Source: Anthoceros angustus (lineage: Eukaryota; Plantae; Anthocerotophyta). From it: a DNA stretch of 64,000 nucleotides. Each line of letters begins with the position of its first letter. Position 1 is the stretch's first letter. The stretch is from the NCBI GenBank assembly GCA_010909165.1, contig VJWM01000016.1, forward strand, positions 682,001 through 746,000, read 5' to 3'. Position numbers and translations under genes: made by a program. A model generated the notes under the pieces. The model made no database searches. It was not told the DNA's origin and was given only the letters and a program-made list of their open reading frames with translations. Of this stretch, positions 24,336-37,200 are shown in pieces.

Positions 24336-25799
24336 CGCAGGGCCTCCTCGTCAACTCCTTCCGGCGCAGCTTTGAAAATGCTCGAAACCCGCCAAAATGT
24401 CCGCCTACAGGATGGGAAGACGAGTATCACCGCAAGCCTGTAGAGTTCCAGGGAACTTCCACTCGGAATTTGGCCATGACAAAGCGCCATTCCCAGCTAC
24501 TTGAGCTGAGCTGCGGGCCAAACCCTAACAAGTTGCAGGCACCGTAGATTGAAACGATTGAAGAGACCCGGACGTTGCGCTTCGCAAACCAGCCCTCTCG
24601 CCGGGAACCAAATCGAGCGACAGCGTCCTTGCAGCTGCTTGCCCAACACAACACTTATCCAGACTGGAATTTTAAACGGCTGAACGCGGGAAGGTAACAC
24701 ACATGCCTCCTGAAGCAACAGGGGGCGGGGCAACATTACCTTTACGCTTTTACTGCCTGTGGCTTCTTGGCTTGGGAATTCCCCTTCTCCTCCCTGTTTT
24801 GCAGAACCGCGATTGGCCAGGAGTCTGAGAATGATTTTAGTGCGAAACGGCTTAATTAGAATAAAGACAAGGGTCACACCCCGCCTCGACAGTAGCTTAG
24901 AGCAGCGGAGGAGGCCGAGCGATGGCTCAAGCCAGCCGCGACATACAAAACGAAACAACACAGACCGCAAGACCCACAGGCTCAAGCAGCCTTGAAAGCG
25001 GCCAGCAGGAGGTCGAAAACAGAAACCAAACACTGAGAAACACCACCGAGGACAACCTGCAGCCTATGAATCATCTGGGCCATGCCAAGGGGACCTTTGT
25101 CTCCAAGACAAAAGGCCCCTTGATATGGCCCAGATTATTCAAGTGGACCTTTGTCTCCTGAGAAATCTGATTCCACCACTTCATCAAGGGCAGGAATCAG
25201 AGTACCAAGCAAACTTCCAAAATCCCGCAACTGGGAATCAATAAGGGAACCACCCAATCCCACTCCATGATGGATCGAAACAAAGAATCCGCTTGGAGAG
25301 TCTGTGACAATGATGGTAGAGAACACCTATTTCATAACTGAGATTAACCTAAGTTAGTATTCCAGGGATGGCTAATGGAACATACATGTACACCATCAAA
25401 TCTTTATGTTCTGAGCTTGGTGACTGCTGGACCTTTCATCACCCCTGAATGATAGAAGTTCTATGTCCAATCAAGAAAGAACGCACCAGCGCACAAGCTC
25501 TGGCTTGGCTGCTCTGAAGCCCTCTTGCCAGGAACCAAATCGAGCAACAGCGTCCTTATATATGTTCCATAAGCTTTTCCAACAGCTGATGACTCCAGGA
25601 AACCTTTCATCTCCCTCTGAAGGATCTTCCATGTACAATCAGGAAGGAATGCACCAGCGTCCGTGTCCTGTCCACAAGCTCTTGTCTGGCTGCTCTGAAC
25701 CATGCCCCCATTCCCTTTCTCCTCGGCTGCATCTCCTAGCCTGTACATGTGGCTCCCCCATGGTATACTGTGGCATCTCTTGGATCTACCTCCACTGCT

Positions 25800-26260
25800 T
25801 GATCGAAAGCATACAGGGCCAAATTCACGTTGCTCCACTTTTGACAAGCGCCCAATAGTGCACCAAACTGCAGCATCCGGCTGTACACTGCTGTGCACAG
25901 GCATTGTCCTCAGCTCATCAAGTTGGCCCCCGGACGTCTACCATGCATGAGTAGTGCTCGATTGGTGGTGGGACCTGATGCCATACTGTCTGCTCAAGGC
26001 ATCAAAGTACTCTCGCCCCTTATTGGCCACTAGACCCACATGACTGTAGACCAAGGATGAGATCATGGTGATGCTGCCCAGCTGGCTGTGCATTCTGTGA
26101 ACCAATTCAAATACCATATCAGTGTCACCTTGACGGGTGTATCCTGCAATCAGCGCACTCGAGGCTACAATGTCTCGTTTGGGCAAATATGCATCAGACT
26201 CCTGCTGCAATGCTGTGCATTTACCATGCTCCCGAGCTTTGCATGCATCATTATCAAATG
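25800..26260 (-). pseudogene. PLS-class PPR gene remnant
   Basis: LPKRDIVASSALIAGYTRQGD, HVGLVANKGREYFDALSRQYGI, MPV..QPDAAVWCT. Broken by stops and frameshifts. Confidence 0.75.
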
Positions 26261-26719
26261 GATGGCTATAGTCAGATCAGCTATAAGCCCTCGACGTTCT
26301 TGGACGTTCACCGGGACGCTTAGTACAATTGGGCTGAGAGGATGCAGGATATGCATCCCTATGCAGGATAGTACGGGAAAATGCGAAACAGATGTTCCCA
26401 CAAAAAGGTAGTGCAAGTTGCCAGTACACACACCACACAGTACACACATGATGCCAGGAACTTTTAGGATTTCAGAGTTTCCCCTTCATTTCACTCGAGA
26501 CATCTTTTGGGGCTAAGCACTAATCTGCCCTACAGCTCGTGAACCAAAACCTTAGTCCATATCGGTAGTTTTACATACCGTTTTAGCCCTATATACCGAA
26601 TTATTCAGAATACCATAAGTAAGCCAGCCGGCATCATACCTTCGTTGGTTTGCAAGCCTGACCAGCAATGGCATATTATCCGACGGAGCGCATCGAGGCG
26701 CATCAATCCCGGCTACGCT

Positions 26720-26730
26720 GGATATAAAAG
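26720..26730 (+). promoter_or_regulatory. TATA box of the secreted beta-trefoil gene
   Basis: ggatataaaag ~50 bp upstream of ATG 26776; conserved upstream of the paralogue (~28894-28904). Confidence 0.65.
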
Positions 26731-26775
26731 ACTGGAGCCTCTCGTACATTCTTGAGCTCTGAAACAGCAATAGAA

Positions 26776-27519
26776 ATGGCGACAACGGCAGCAAAGACGA
26801 CAGCGACCCTGTGCTTGGCGCTGCTCCTCATTCTTCAGTCCTGCCATGTCTTGTAAGTGTCGGGTTTCTATCTTTCTGCGAATGGAGTAAATCGCACGAT
26901 TCACTTTATCAATTTCAAGCGCTACATACATGTCGCCTGCATGTACAAATTTCCTTTTCACATGTGTGGTCTCACCCTGGGCTTGACATGCTCACTTGGC
27001 CGTTCCTCATTTTCCTGATTGATACTTTGCAGACACGCAAACATCGACCCAGACAAGTTACCGGACACTTACGTAACCATAGCGTCATTGGCGTTCCCCG
27101 GATACTACGTGGCTTTGGATTGTGTAAAATTGACAGTGACACTGGAGGAAAGCCTGCCACCCAATCCCGAGCAATGCAAGTTCCAGTTCACTGCCGTCGA
27201 GGGTGAGCTCTTGAGCTACAACATCCAGTCGGCTCAGTGCCCGGAGAACTACATTCTCCTGGACGCCACAGGCGGCGATGCCTTTGGAGCCTACCCAAGC
27301 GGGTTCGGCTCGGTTTCCGTCACCCAATATCCTAACGACCCCGGAGCTCAATTTCGTCCGGTGCCCCAGTTGAGCAGTCGTGTCCCTGAGAACCAGCGAT
27401 CCTACGCACTCTTGTCGAATGCTGTTATTTATGCCTACTTCCGCTCAAGTCCCTCGGGAGTCCTGAACGCGCAGAACTACATCGGTCCATGGGAGCAGCT
27501 CATCATTGATGAGTTTTAG
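26776..27519 (+). CDS. Secreted fascin-like/beta-trefoil protein (~187 aa); exons 26776-26852 and 27033-27519
   Basis: Exon 1 encodes a signal peptide (MATTAAKTTATLCLALLLILQSCHVL). A phase-2 GT-AG intron joins it in frame to HANIDPDK. Three internal pseudo-repeats (TIASLAFPGYYVALD / NIQSAQCPENYILLD / ALLSNAVIYAYFRS...LNAQNYIGPWEQ). Confidence 0.8.
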
Positions 27520-27959
27520 GCTTGTACCCGTGTAAACCGTGAGGATGGCCGCCTATGTGTGTGTAGGGAATTATCATGCTCGAGACATGATACCAGGCTT
27601 CGGAAGAAGCAATTCTTCCTGCAGATGGATGTTTCTAAAGCGTGTACGTGTGGAATAGAAATGTTGTTATGGAATAAAGATCGTTCTTTCTTCCCAACTC
27701 ACACGTAGCTTGAACTCAACTTCAGGTGTCTTCCATAATTTCAGATTCAGATTATAATGTGAAACGTGGGCAAGGGAAGCAGGCAGTGTTATCATCCACT
27801 TACGCGCAGGTGAAGGCTGAAGTGTGCTAAATCGGCATACATATGTTTGCGCAGCCTTACAGACACCTACCAGGCGAGCAGACTGCAAAACAGTGCAGCA
27901 GCATGCCTTGAAAACAGAGAGGGGTAAAAAGAGACAGAAAAAAGAACAAAGGACAACAG

Positions 27960-28140
27960 GACAGGAACGGGGGTGAGTAAACGGGACGCGCACGGTGCGT
28001 GACGGGGTGGGAATCGGACAATCGGACGGGGCGAGACGGAAAGGGGCAGGAACGGCGTCGACGGGACGGGAAGAGACTGGGACGGAACGGGAGGAGATGG
28101 AACGGGGCGGGGGGATCGGAACAGGAGTGGATGGGAGTGG
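27960..28140. repeat. gacggg/aacggg-rich segment, probable MITE or subterminal repeat remnant
   Basis: Multiple short acggg motifs clustered; no coding signal. Confidence 0.4.
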
Positions 28141-28339
28141 AAGAGCAATGAAAAGAGAGGGACGTGGTTGTCAGGTGGTGGAGCAGCGGTAGCTCCAAAG
28201 CATGTCACCAAATGTTCACAAGCTACCATCAAATGTATCGAAGGACAGAGTCACGCCAAGCTCAAGGCCCACAACAGTCTAGAACAAGTAATAAGAGCAC
28301 TAGAGTCGATATCTGTGTCATAATTCCTTGCAGAGTTAA

Positions 28340-28485
28340 GAAGAAGTAGTCTAGTATAGCCTTCAAATACTTTGACAACGTACCGACACAAGCGCAAGAT
28401 GCTTAAAAGCGACATTCTTATAAATGTGTGGCAATTTAGCCTTAGCCATTATAAATGTATGTCCATTTAGCGTAAGCAATTTAAC
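28340..28485 (-). mobile_element. Divergent partial copy (E) of the structured repeat family
   Basis: gtaccgacacaagcgcaagatgctta...ttcttataaatgtgtggcaatttagccttagcc aligns by eye to 10744-10815. Confidence 0.55.
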
Positions 28486-28948
28486 ACTGCTGCCTCTGAT
28501 GTCCCGTATAAAATAACACTCCCCAGTGTCGATCCCCCTTGAATCTGTGGCACGCGCGCGGAGCCTCTGCCTCCTCCAGGCTGAAAGCCTGAAACTAGGT
28601 CATATGGTATCTATTGTCAGCCCCTTCCTGTGCAGGCGTCGTGTCTCACGTTTTCGCAATGCCCAACGGCTTCGGCTTTGGCAGTCCTTCCTGTACATAA
28701 TGAATTCATCGGTCGCCCTCAAGCCAGAATGCGCACTAGTGGTTTTGGATTGCCGGCAATGTTCTGGAGCGCTCCTCTAGACTGTCTTCCTCAATGAAGC
28801 GTTCCAGGTGCTGCAGTTTTTCGATTCGGTGGTCCTCTCCCCCGTTCGTCTTCCGACAGAGCGCACCGAGGAGCATTTATCCTGGTCCTCGCTGGATATA
28901 AAAGAGTGAGCCTGTAGTACATTCTTGACCTCTCAAACAACAACAGCC

Positions 28949-30003
28949 ATGGCGACCGCGGCAACAAAGGTGATGGCGACCCTGTGCTTGGTGCTGCTCT
29001 TCGTTCTCCAGTCTTGCCATGTCCTGTAAGTGTCGGAGTTCTACCTTTCTGCATATTCCTGTATCTACAGATTCCTCTTCACATGTGCGGTCTCCCCCGT
29101 GATATGCCCGTTCTTACGCCCCAACTGACATTTTGCAGACACGGAAACGATAACATCGACCCACGGAATCTACCAGATGCTTACGTATACATAGCATCAT
29201 TGGGGTTCCCCGGGTACTACCTGGCTGTCAGTTGTTCAGCATTGACCGTGCAACTGCAGACCCAGAAGTACAGGCTACAACATCCGGGTGGCTGAGTGCC
29301 CAAGTTACTACATTCACCTGGACGCCGCAGGCAGCGATCCCTATGCTTGCAACCCAGATGGTGTCGGCACGATTTCCGTCACCACAAATGTTACCGACCC
29401 CTAAGCTCGATCTCATCCGGTGCCCCAGTCGAGTCGGCTCCCGGCGTCCAGCGTCTCCGCCTCCGGCAGAGAACCCCATGCCTCGTTGCGTACTGCACAG
29501 TGAACCGTGGAAACACACCCTTCCCCTCGTCATGTTGCTTAAGAGTTCATACAAGGCGCCGCACTCACATCCAGCCTCTACTGCGACCTCCAGCGAGTCA
29601 GGAAAGTAGCCGTGCCCGGCGAAATGCACTCCGCTATGCGCCGATTCGCGCTGACACATACCACTCGGCAGCCCATCCAAACTCAACAGCATCGCCTATG
29701 TAAGAAGCGGACTGTGCTGAAAGTAAAGGCTGGATGTGAGTGCAGCGCATTGTATGAACTCTTCAAGGAACATGGCGAGGGAAAGGGTGTGTTTCAACGG
29801 TTCACTGTGCAGTACACAACGAGGCATGGGGTTCTCTGCCGGAGGCGGAGACGGTGGACGCCGGGGGCCGACTCGACGGAAACGGGTTCCACGGGCTCTT
29901 GTCGGATGCTGCTAGTGATGCCAACCTCCACGTAAGTACCTCAATCGTGAATGCGCAGAACGCCATCGTTGCATACGAGCAGGTGACCATTAATACGTAT
30001 TAA
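28949..30003 (+). pseudogene. Tandem paralogue of the secreted beta-trefoil gene, pseudogenised (deletion/frameshift plus foldback insertion)
   Basis: Same exon 1 (MATAATKVMATLCLVLLFVLQSCHVL) and intron position; NIDPRNLPDAYVYIASLGFPGYYLA, then a frameshift and stop at 29295. Homology resumes after 29877 (VNAQNAIVAYEQ..*). Confidence 0.85.
29428..29877. repeat. Foldback insertion: ~155-bp inverted arms (29428-29582 / 29722-29877) around a ~140-bp loop
   Basis: Arms are reverse complements with about 10 differences. Confidence 0.9.
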
Positions 30004-30104
30004 AAATGCATGTTAAGCGGCCTTGCAGCTGCCATTGTATGTGGGATATCGTGTGTAGAGAAGTCATGGAATGAATTGCTTTAGTATGTGTGTAGAGAAG
30101 TCAT

Positions 30105-30178
30105 TTTTTGGGAACTTTTGTACACTTTGTGGGTTTTTGGGAACTTTTGTACACTTTGTGGGTTTTTGGGAACTTTTA
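30105..30178. repeat. 29-bp tandem repeat (tttttgggaacttttgtacactttgtggg)
   Basis: About 2.5 copies visible. Confidence 0.8.
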
Positions 30179-30986
30179 GCATTTTGAATTCTCTTGCATT
30201 TCAATCGAGGCATCTCTTAGGGCTAAGCACCACCCTCTCAGTGGCAGGGGCTTCGGAACTGTAAGACTAACACCTTTAGACATGTCCAGGTTTTACGCCC
30301 TCGAGAAGACTCCAGTTAAAAAATTGCAATAGTCATACCAAGGTGTTCTGGACAGCCACCGATCCCAAATTAATCCACTCTTCACACAAAGGAATGCAAA
30401 ACCCTCTTCCAAAAACTAGTGTGCTATCAGCCAATGTTAAATAATGTGTATGAAGCTGTGACATCTCTCTATTGTGTATGAAGATGTGATATCTCCCTAC
30501 CTCTAGTGTAGGTTGTATCGGCCAACGACATCATCCTTCACAAAAGGAAATAAGGTGGAAATGCCTGCCTTTGAAATCCACACATCACGGGCTTATAAGT
30601 AACCATCTTCTCATAACATGTGTGCACTGACAATGTGGAATCTGTTGTAAATAATATATAGTACCTTTTTACAACAAGGAATTTTTAATTAATTCTTTAT
30701 TCAAAATGAATTAACATATGATATTTTAAATTAACACATGGGGCATCTTTTGTGAAAAATAATGTAAGACTTATTATCATGGCCTCCAAACATCCAATAC
30801 ATATGTTGAAGGTGATGTATCATGTTTATCAAATTCAATATCGATACACATCAACTATCACCTTCAAACATCGAATAGACATAGTGGAGCGATTTAGTGG
30901 ATCCACTAGATTTCATACGAGTCATATTAGGTCTTGAAAAACCTGAATTAGTTGTTTCTTGAATTGAGCTTTGTGAAGATGGCATA

Positions 30987-31335
30987 CTGTACCCCGAGGG
31001 GTGATTCGGCATTAATTAATTGAAATTAATAAAATTTGAAAATCCAGAAATTATTATACTTAAAATATTGAATATGTAAAAATTTATAAGTTTAAGATGC
31101 TAAAAACAAGAAAACTAGGGTTTGTGTGAAAAATTAGCGCCTGTTTAGGGGTAGTCTATACATATCCATTAGTTTTATATATATACCTATGTATTATAAT
31201 AAAAATTGAAATTTGATAAAAATATTTTGTAAATGTTGAAATTTTGAAAAATATAAATATTCATGTTGAAACTTTTTTTTTTTCAAAAGATAATTCTTTC
31301 GGCATTATCCTGTTGAACCATCCTTCGGGGTACGG
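30987..31335. mobile_element. Tc1/mariner-type MITE with TA target-site duplication
   Basis: TA|ctgtaccccgaggggtgatt ... aaccatccttcggggtacgg|TA imperfect TIRs; AT-rich interior. Confidence 0.7.
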
Positions 31336-31654
31336 TAATCTGGAAATTAGTACTCCATCTTCTACCCTACTCCATAAACTTTCCTCAATTTCCCTAATGC
31401 AGAACCGTAGAGGCAACCTACTTACCTTTAAAGAGTTTAATGTTTAAATTATACAAGCTCATCCTCGGCAACTACACCCTTGTATTCTAAATGGAAATAC
31501 GTATCCTACTTACTTCTAGCTTCTAGTTGATATATCATCCCAGTTAGCTATGTCATCCGAGTAAAGCTCCGATCCATTCCTATAACACGAAATGAAATGC
31601 ATTTAACATGCTAAAAATTACATAAACTAACATATCTTACTATAGCTTCCATAC

Positions 31655-31972
31655 CGGATAAGAGAAATTATTCTTTGAATGCATGATTGATAAATGGTCG
31701 TTGAGCAATTTAATTTTGAACATCAAGGATACCAAATACGAGAAATTGTCCTTTGAATGGATGATTGAAATGGTTGTTGAGAAAGGTAATTTCGAACCTC
31801 AGGGATACCGAATAAGAGAGATTGTCCTTTGAATGCATGGTTGATAAATGGTCGTTGAGCAATATAATTTGAACTATAGAGGCATTCTAAAGAAGAGAGA
31901 TTGTCCTTTGAATGCATGGTTGATAAATGGTCGTTGAGCAATATAATTTGAACTATAGAGGCATTCTAAAGA
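31655..31972. repeat. ~79-bp tandem repeat x4
   Basis: agagattgtcctttgaatgcatggttgataaatggtcgttgagcaat repeated. Confidence 0.85.
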
Positions 31973-32770
31973 ACTCGATCTACTTTTTCCTCCAGTTATC
32001 TCAAAACCATGAGATTTTGTTCCTCAAGCTCTTCTTCAAAAAGTTCTCTCTTGGATGCGTACCCATCCAAACCTAATGACTTCCATATAAGTTCTTCAAT
32101 TAGAGCATGTCCCTCCTTCTACCGTACTAAAAGCATGAAGGTGTGTTCATATCCCACATCAAGTTTATAAATGGTTACCCTAATCATATCACAAAGGGTT
32201 ACCCTAATCATGAAAATCACAGTGCTTAATTTTAGAAACTCATATGAGGCTTAACCCAAAAGTCTACACATTGTCAAGACAAAATTAAAGAAGACTGTGT
32301 TACTTACTTGGTGATTGTAGGATCTTCACATTCAATGGAACTCATGGCGTATTGCAATTCTAGAAGAGAGCTTGAGATGTGTTGCCCATGATATGGGAAA
32401 CCATGTAATCACTAGATAATTATTTCCACCTATGACCTTGAGATATGTATACCTATGACTCGTTCTTTTATCAACAACCAACATCTATCAATCACATATT
32501 AATTATTAGGAGCTCAACATCTATCGATCAGCAGCTCAACTCCTATCATCATAAACTCAACACCTCTCACCAAGAGTTCAACACCTATCACGAGACTCAA
32601 CAATCATACATCTCTTCAGCTCTATTTTACGAGAGATCCTCAAAAATTATTTAGCAAATACCAAAGTTAAAAGTAAAACGAGAAGAAAACTAAGTGAACA
32701 CTTAGAGACTGTTGACTTCTTACTTACTTGACTAGGAGATTATTCTAGTCATTGGTTTAATAGCTAGGTA

Positions 32771-33515
32771 CAGTCAAACCCCTCTAATTGGGACCCCTAT
32801 AAATGGGAACCCCCTTTAAATGGGACGCCCGGGCTTACTCCCTTGAATGTGCTACATGCTAAATGGGAAACCCCTCTAATTTGTAAATGGGAACATGTCT
32901 CCCAAACATTCAATGCAAGTACACCTCTGTAAAAGGGAAAATACATTTTTTTAAAAAATAAAAAAATTGAGGAAATCGTCTTATCGAGATTACGTATATT
33001 CCTACAGAGGACGAAATATAGCAAGCATTAATCCCTCCGCCTGTCAATGAGGAGGGTGAGGAGAATAATCTGGTCAATGGAGACCATAGCCCCAAGACGC
33101 GTCACGACAAAGGATCAGATAATGCTATGAGGATAGCGAAGATGTTTTGGAAGAGATGCCACATAACACTCTTGATGCTTTGAAGTTGCATTCTCAGTTG
33201 GAAAAACATATTGCTAGTCATTGGATGAAAGCAACTCAGCATCAATCAAGGATTGATGATTATTTTAACCCGGCAAACTAGAATTAGGTTGGCAGCTATG
33301 TAGTATGAGGGAACATTTTGGATTTTTTAGATTTTTTGGACTTTTTGGATTTTTTGGATTTTTTGGAAGCTTTTAAGCTCTTTCGAATTTTTGATTCAAA
33401 GGATTTTTTTAATATTTTTATTTTCAAAAAAAAGATGAAAATGCCTAAACGGGAACCCTCTAAATGGGACGATTTTTGCTACTCCCAATTGTTCCCAATT
33501 AGAGGGGTCTGACTG
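32771..33515 (+). mobile_element. pogo/Tigger-like non-autonomous DNA transposon (internal deletion derivative)
   Basis: TA|cagtcaaacccctctaattggga ... tcccaattagaggggtctgactg|TA. Retains the transposase C-terminus ending in PIP-box-like QSRIDDYF (33171-33281). Confidence 0.85.
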
Positions 33516-34283
33516 TACATAGTCTAGTACAAATTACTGCGGCACGCAGCAACCCACACTCAAATTTCAAGCTCCGGCAAGTTTGAAGGTCCAAGGCGCA
33601 CCCCAACAACTCTAACGTGTGACCCTCGTTTTCTATCCGGGTACCGGGAGCATGTTATGTCAGGTGGGGAAGCTTTACGAGACCGTTGGAGCGACTCCTC
33701 GTCTTACGTTATCATTCGCAATTGTGCGCAGCTCAATTTGTGGCAAGGGGAACCATCAAACGTTTCCCTTTTCCATGCCTTAGGAGATGGTACGCTGCAC
33801 CCACGAGTCGTGAAAGAGCTGAAGTGCTTGATCATCTATCGCCCATGGAGTACGAAAGGACCATGGGGCCTTTCGTACTCCATATTTCCAGAGGACAGAA
33901 ATAGGCGTCCACATGTTCAAAAGTTCGCCGTCTCCAATACAGACAGATTAGGTCCTGAATACATCTGGTGGCGCTGGTGACAAAGCCCACACTGCAGTCG
34001 GACTCCCAGAGGATGAGAATGGGGTGCAGTCCAACTTAACCGAATTTCGAACGAATCAAATGAAAGGGAAAATCTCATGCAAAACATGGCGTGATATTAT
34101 CGCACAGCAAAGACTTCTGTGCACCCGTGTGTGAACCTTGCCAGGAATGCCACACTGCTGAGGGTGTCAACGACATAGTCGGACCCACATGCTCACAAGT
34201 GCTGGCGGCAGCGTCACTACTTCCTGGCACCGCCGAATACGGGAGCATCTATGCCCACCTTCCGACCGTCGACTTGATACCTG

Positions 34284-37200
34284 TCACACATAAGCCCTTG
34301 ACATTATCTCATGAACTTCATCTCTCAGATGTGCCCGTTCGGACTCTGCGGCTTCCAGAAGATCCTTTTGAGTAATAACTCGCGCATCACCTACGCGGAG
34401 GGCAGCCTACATCCACAAATGTCAGAAGAGACTTAGAAACCAGACTTTCTCCGGCATGCCTCAAAGAGGCTACCTTGGCAATAGGAGATGTACAAAAATT
34501 CACCTTCGCTGCAGCTCTCACTATGGCACTACTGATGGTGCCACTAGTGAAGTCGAAGCGGCGGCCCAGTTCCTCGAACTGAATGTTCACATCCAGAGGA
34601 GCCTGTACATGCATAGCCAGTACAAAATGATCCCAGTTCTGACTTGTGGCGCACATGGAGGAACGACACTGGATACTCTAGTTAACCAACCCAACAGTGG
34701 AGTCGGTCGCACAGCTAAAGCTTAGAGAAACTACCATGAAACATGGGGAACTTAAAATGGGATAGAGACATATGAACAACCTTAGCAGGAAGCAATTTCC
34801 TCCACATTCTTGAACGCACAGCTGAATCCGGCATCCTAAACTCCAAAAGAAACTTAAGTCTGCAAATCAATTCTGGATCTAATCTGTGGATGATGCTTCC
34901 CTGCACACACACGTTGCCACTAGTCAATCTTGTTGCCGACAACTGACTAGAGGCTACCAGATGCTTGGATAGATAAGTACCTGTACATTATTCGCTATGA
35001 GGATACAGATGCCTGGAAAGCGCTCTAGTTCATGCAGCAGCAGTCCAATTGCCACCGGTGACCACTGGGAAACACTGCTTACACCACTCATACCAGCTTC
35101 CTCATCAGCGCGGAATATCTGCAACACAATGACAGCTTAAGAGCATTAATAAAGCCAGCTCAGCTGAGCTTCATAATCTTGGTTCAGACGCAGCACCACA
35201 AAAAAAGTCAAAGAAAATGGCTTTGACAATCAAACCTGAAAGTCTTCAAGCACAAGGACAGCATCCATCAATCGGGTGTCCTTAAATGCAGCGCTAATGT
35301 TGGCACCTGTTTTTGAGCTGCTTTCCCTTGATATCAGCTGAGCACAGTTTATCACCTGAGAGAAGTACGATTCCACCTCAGAATACACTGTTGATTCAAA
35401 ACTGCATGAACTTGGCAGCTGCAACACAAGATGAAATGGTCACCTTCAAAGGCCGACCAAGCTCAAATCCGATGGCCTGCATCCACAGTGGTCAATCTTA
35501 GTCGTGCATGTTGTTTGCTTACAAGATTTTGTATGCCTTGAAGGGAAACCACTAAAAGACGTTTCCTGCTACACATTGTGCACAACTTTTACCTCCGCAG
35601 CTGAAGATTTCCCAGTGCCATGGGGACCCCAGAACAAACAAGCTGTGCCCAACCGCTCCTGCTGGAAGCCCCACTGCCCCAACAGCACGGCCCTAGCCTT
35701 TTCAAAGTTAATGATAGATTCTATCCGCTCACGCATCACATTCCCCAATATAAGTTCCTCCATACCGGTCTTTGGTACTACCCTGTGAGTAAAGGATTTC
35801 ATCTGAAAAGCAGCAACAAGCACATCTGAGCCCAGTAAAACATCTCCACGGACTACAACTTTGACAACAAAGCACATAGAGCACACCTGCAGGCTACCAC
35901 GCATTTGCAGACGACAGCCTGTAATGATGTCTTCCTCAGTTACGATTGGATTAACACTATCTCGAGAAATCGCCAGGAGAAGGGAGCTAACAAGAGCATT
36001 TTTTATGTAGCCACCAGTCAACTCGTACCTAAAGAAACCCAGACAACAGAGCCATCAGACATGTCAAATGCAAACAATATCTGATGCCCACAATTCATTT
36101 ACCAAGCATTCCCAGGAACCCCTAAGGTTCTGCAGTGGCTGACAAACATACCCTGAATTCACCAGCTAAACGATTGCCCCAACACGAGTCATCAAAAAAG
36201 TTTACCTCAAGGCTATTTTTTCCCAGTCGATACTATCCTCGACAGGGAGGCGCTCGGATGAAAGCTTCCAGATTTCCCGGCGTTGAGTGTGATCGGGGGA
36301 ATGAAACTCACTCACACAACTGCAGAAAAATCAATGCATGACTTAAACCATTCAGTTAAATGTATGGCGAAGACTGGCAAGTCAAACTCATGATAAAACA
36401 AGGACTGTCCACGTACGTGATCCGGCGATGCATTGCTTCATCCAAATCTAAAGGCCGGTTAGTAGCCAGCATGATAATGCCCTCGTGACGTTCCATCTCA
36501 GTTAGGAGAGCATTAAGGAGACGATCGCCACCACGCTCCCTCTATGTAACATTTACACGTCAGGAGGTTGATCCAACTATACCAGATCTGATACTCGTAA
36601 AATGATACTTTAGACTGGATGTACAGGCTACGGTACAGCCTACTTCTCTACCTAGTCAAAACAATGCTGCACAGAAATTTCAAATGTCACCTGAGCAAAA
36701 ATAGCCTCACATTCATCAAAGAATATGACCGCATCATTCATATCTGCATCTCGAAACAAACCACGCAGATCTGCTGAGTGGTCATCTCTGCTACTTCCTC
36801 CAGAAGCGGTGTGCAGGGAGTGGAAGTCCACAAGGAGCACCCTCTTGCCTGCTCACACATGTTTCAAAAGTAATGCAATTCGTTAGTAGTTGTCTGGATG
36901 AAAGAGATCTGAAGCTATTTGGGCTCAAGGCCTGAGATGCTGACCAAGATGGTGGGCAACAGCATTCACGGTCATTGTCTTCCCCGTGCCCGAAGCTCCA
37001 CAAAGTAGAATAACTAGACCGGCCCCATAACTTATAACATCCTCAAGGCCAGCACGTTTCCGATACTGTCTGAATTTTGCAAAATTGTCTACTGTTTTCA
37101 ACAGCATATCCTTTTGTTCTGCTGGAAGAACAACCTGTGTCATATCTATCTGTGGAAGTGCTCAAGAATATTAGGACTCAGTTGTTTGAATTTCATAATG

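Noticed and set aside
24336-25033. N-terminal extension of the dynamin-like gene
   Set aside because: An in-frame TGA lies six codons upstream of ATG 24335, and the candidate upstream exon frames contain stops; treated as UTR or unknown.
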